Source of the DNA: Tubiluchus corallicola
Lineage: Eukaryota > Animalia > Priapulida
Assembly: GCA_030141605.1 (NCBI GenBank)
Contig: JAQGDQ010000034.1
Span: 930,001-994,000, forward strand
Direction of reading: 5' to 3'
Length of the DNA: 64,000 nt
In this document: positions 62,968-64,000 of the stretch, piece after piece
How positions within the stretch are numbered: the stretch's first letter is position 1
Layout of the letters: each line of letters starts with the position of its first letter
Made by a program: the position numbers and the translations under genes
Notes under the pieces: model-generated
What the model saw: only the letters and a program-made list of their open reading frames with translations
The model's database searches: none
Told to the model about the DNA's origin: nothing

Positions 62968-63275
62968 TCAATTCAATTCAACATTAATTTATTTATCTCT
63001 TTATAATACTACAATAAAACATAATTAATAAAATTGCTAATAAATTTTGAAGAATGGTTAAAATGAATAGGTAGATCTAGAACTAGAGAAAGGATAGCGA
63101 AAAGACAATTCGATTCAATTTCAATTTATTTATCTCTTTATAATACTACAATAAAACATGATTAATAAAAGAATCGCTAATAAGTTTTGAAGAATGGTTA
63201 AAATGAATAGATAGATGTAGAACTAGAGAAAGGATAGCGAAAAGACTATAAAGTCACCTAGTCTGGTATCCCTTA
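62968..63275 (-). repeat. Tandemly duplicated ~140-bp segment resembling a LINE/SINE 3' tail
   Basis: Two copies of (CAATT)n-AATTTATTTATCTCTTTATAATAC...GGATAGCGAAAAGAC; minus strand gives AATAAA plus (ATTGA)n tail. Confidence 0.7.
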
Positions 63276-64000
63276 CCGAATATAGATAAAATGATTTTTA
63301 GACACTGGTGAGCATTAATATTATCAGTTTAATTTAGGAAACACTAATAATTTTAAAATTATGACATTTGCTATATAATTAAGTAATCCAGAGTAAAGAA
63401 AATACATGTACTTTAATTAGCGGGCAACAAAATAAGTTCAATCTTGATTAAACTAAAAATAGCATTTAGATTTTATATGAAATACAGGTCAAAATTGTTA
63501 TGAAATGATAAAAGCACTTTGGCTTAATAGTGCAAAAGATCATTGCTGTTTGTTGGAACGTTTTTTTTTCAGAAAGTTATTACGAAATACCATTCAACCT
63601 ATAACGTCATTTTTCATGTCACACTCTAAACAGTTGTGCAAGGGATGTTAAATGAAACAAGCACCACCAGTCAGATCAGAAAAACAAGGTACACCTTGTA
63701 CCCAAATACATTGTGTAAAGCACAAAGACAGTGGATATTGTATATTAGGGGCGAGCAATCGAGTATCGAACATTCGAACTCAATTCGAACAAGTACTTTT
63801 AGTTTAAAATTATAGATTCGAACAATTTAGCACTCAATTACGTACATTGTTTAACATTAAAAACATTTGAAACATCATGCAATCTGCCTTACAAATTCCA
63901 CCTGGAACTTTTTGGCACAATTTTTAAATAAGTAATTATTGTTTTCACAGCAGAATAAAATCAAGTAACGCGCATGATGCTTGTGAGTCCGCTCTATTTT

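Overview
AT-rich, intron-containing invertebrate (metazoan) genomic DNA; no prokaryotic features or CRISPR array. Hand-spliced gene models: 5' part of an unidentified gene (minus, runs off the left edge); a complete 17-exon beta-mannosidase (MANBA, GH2, minus, ~892 aa, at least one GC-AG intron); AATF/Che-1/Bfr2 (minus, 3 coding exons); a head-to-head single-exon beta-1,4-GalNAc/Gal transferase (GT7, bre-4-like); a single-exon PSTK (seryl-tRNA(Sec) kinase) followed ~270 bp later by a 4-exon uncharacterised ~447-aa gene, possibly on the same transcript; and the 3' part of a KIF22/Kid-like kinesin (minus, runs off the right edge). Introns and intergenic DNA hold many non-autonomous elements: hAT-, pogo/Tigger- and piggyBac-type MITEs, a solo LTR, 5S- and tRNA-derived SINE-like remnants, RTE and CR1/L2 LINE ends, minisatellites. 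Best candidate for an undescribed system: the PSTK + uncharacterised gene unit (shared leader exon, splice-generated UGA), which is inference. All gene models were read by eye and need RNA-seq confirmation.
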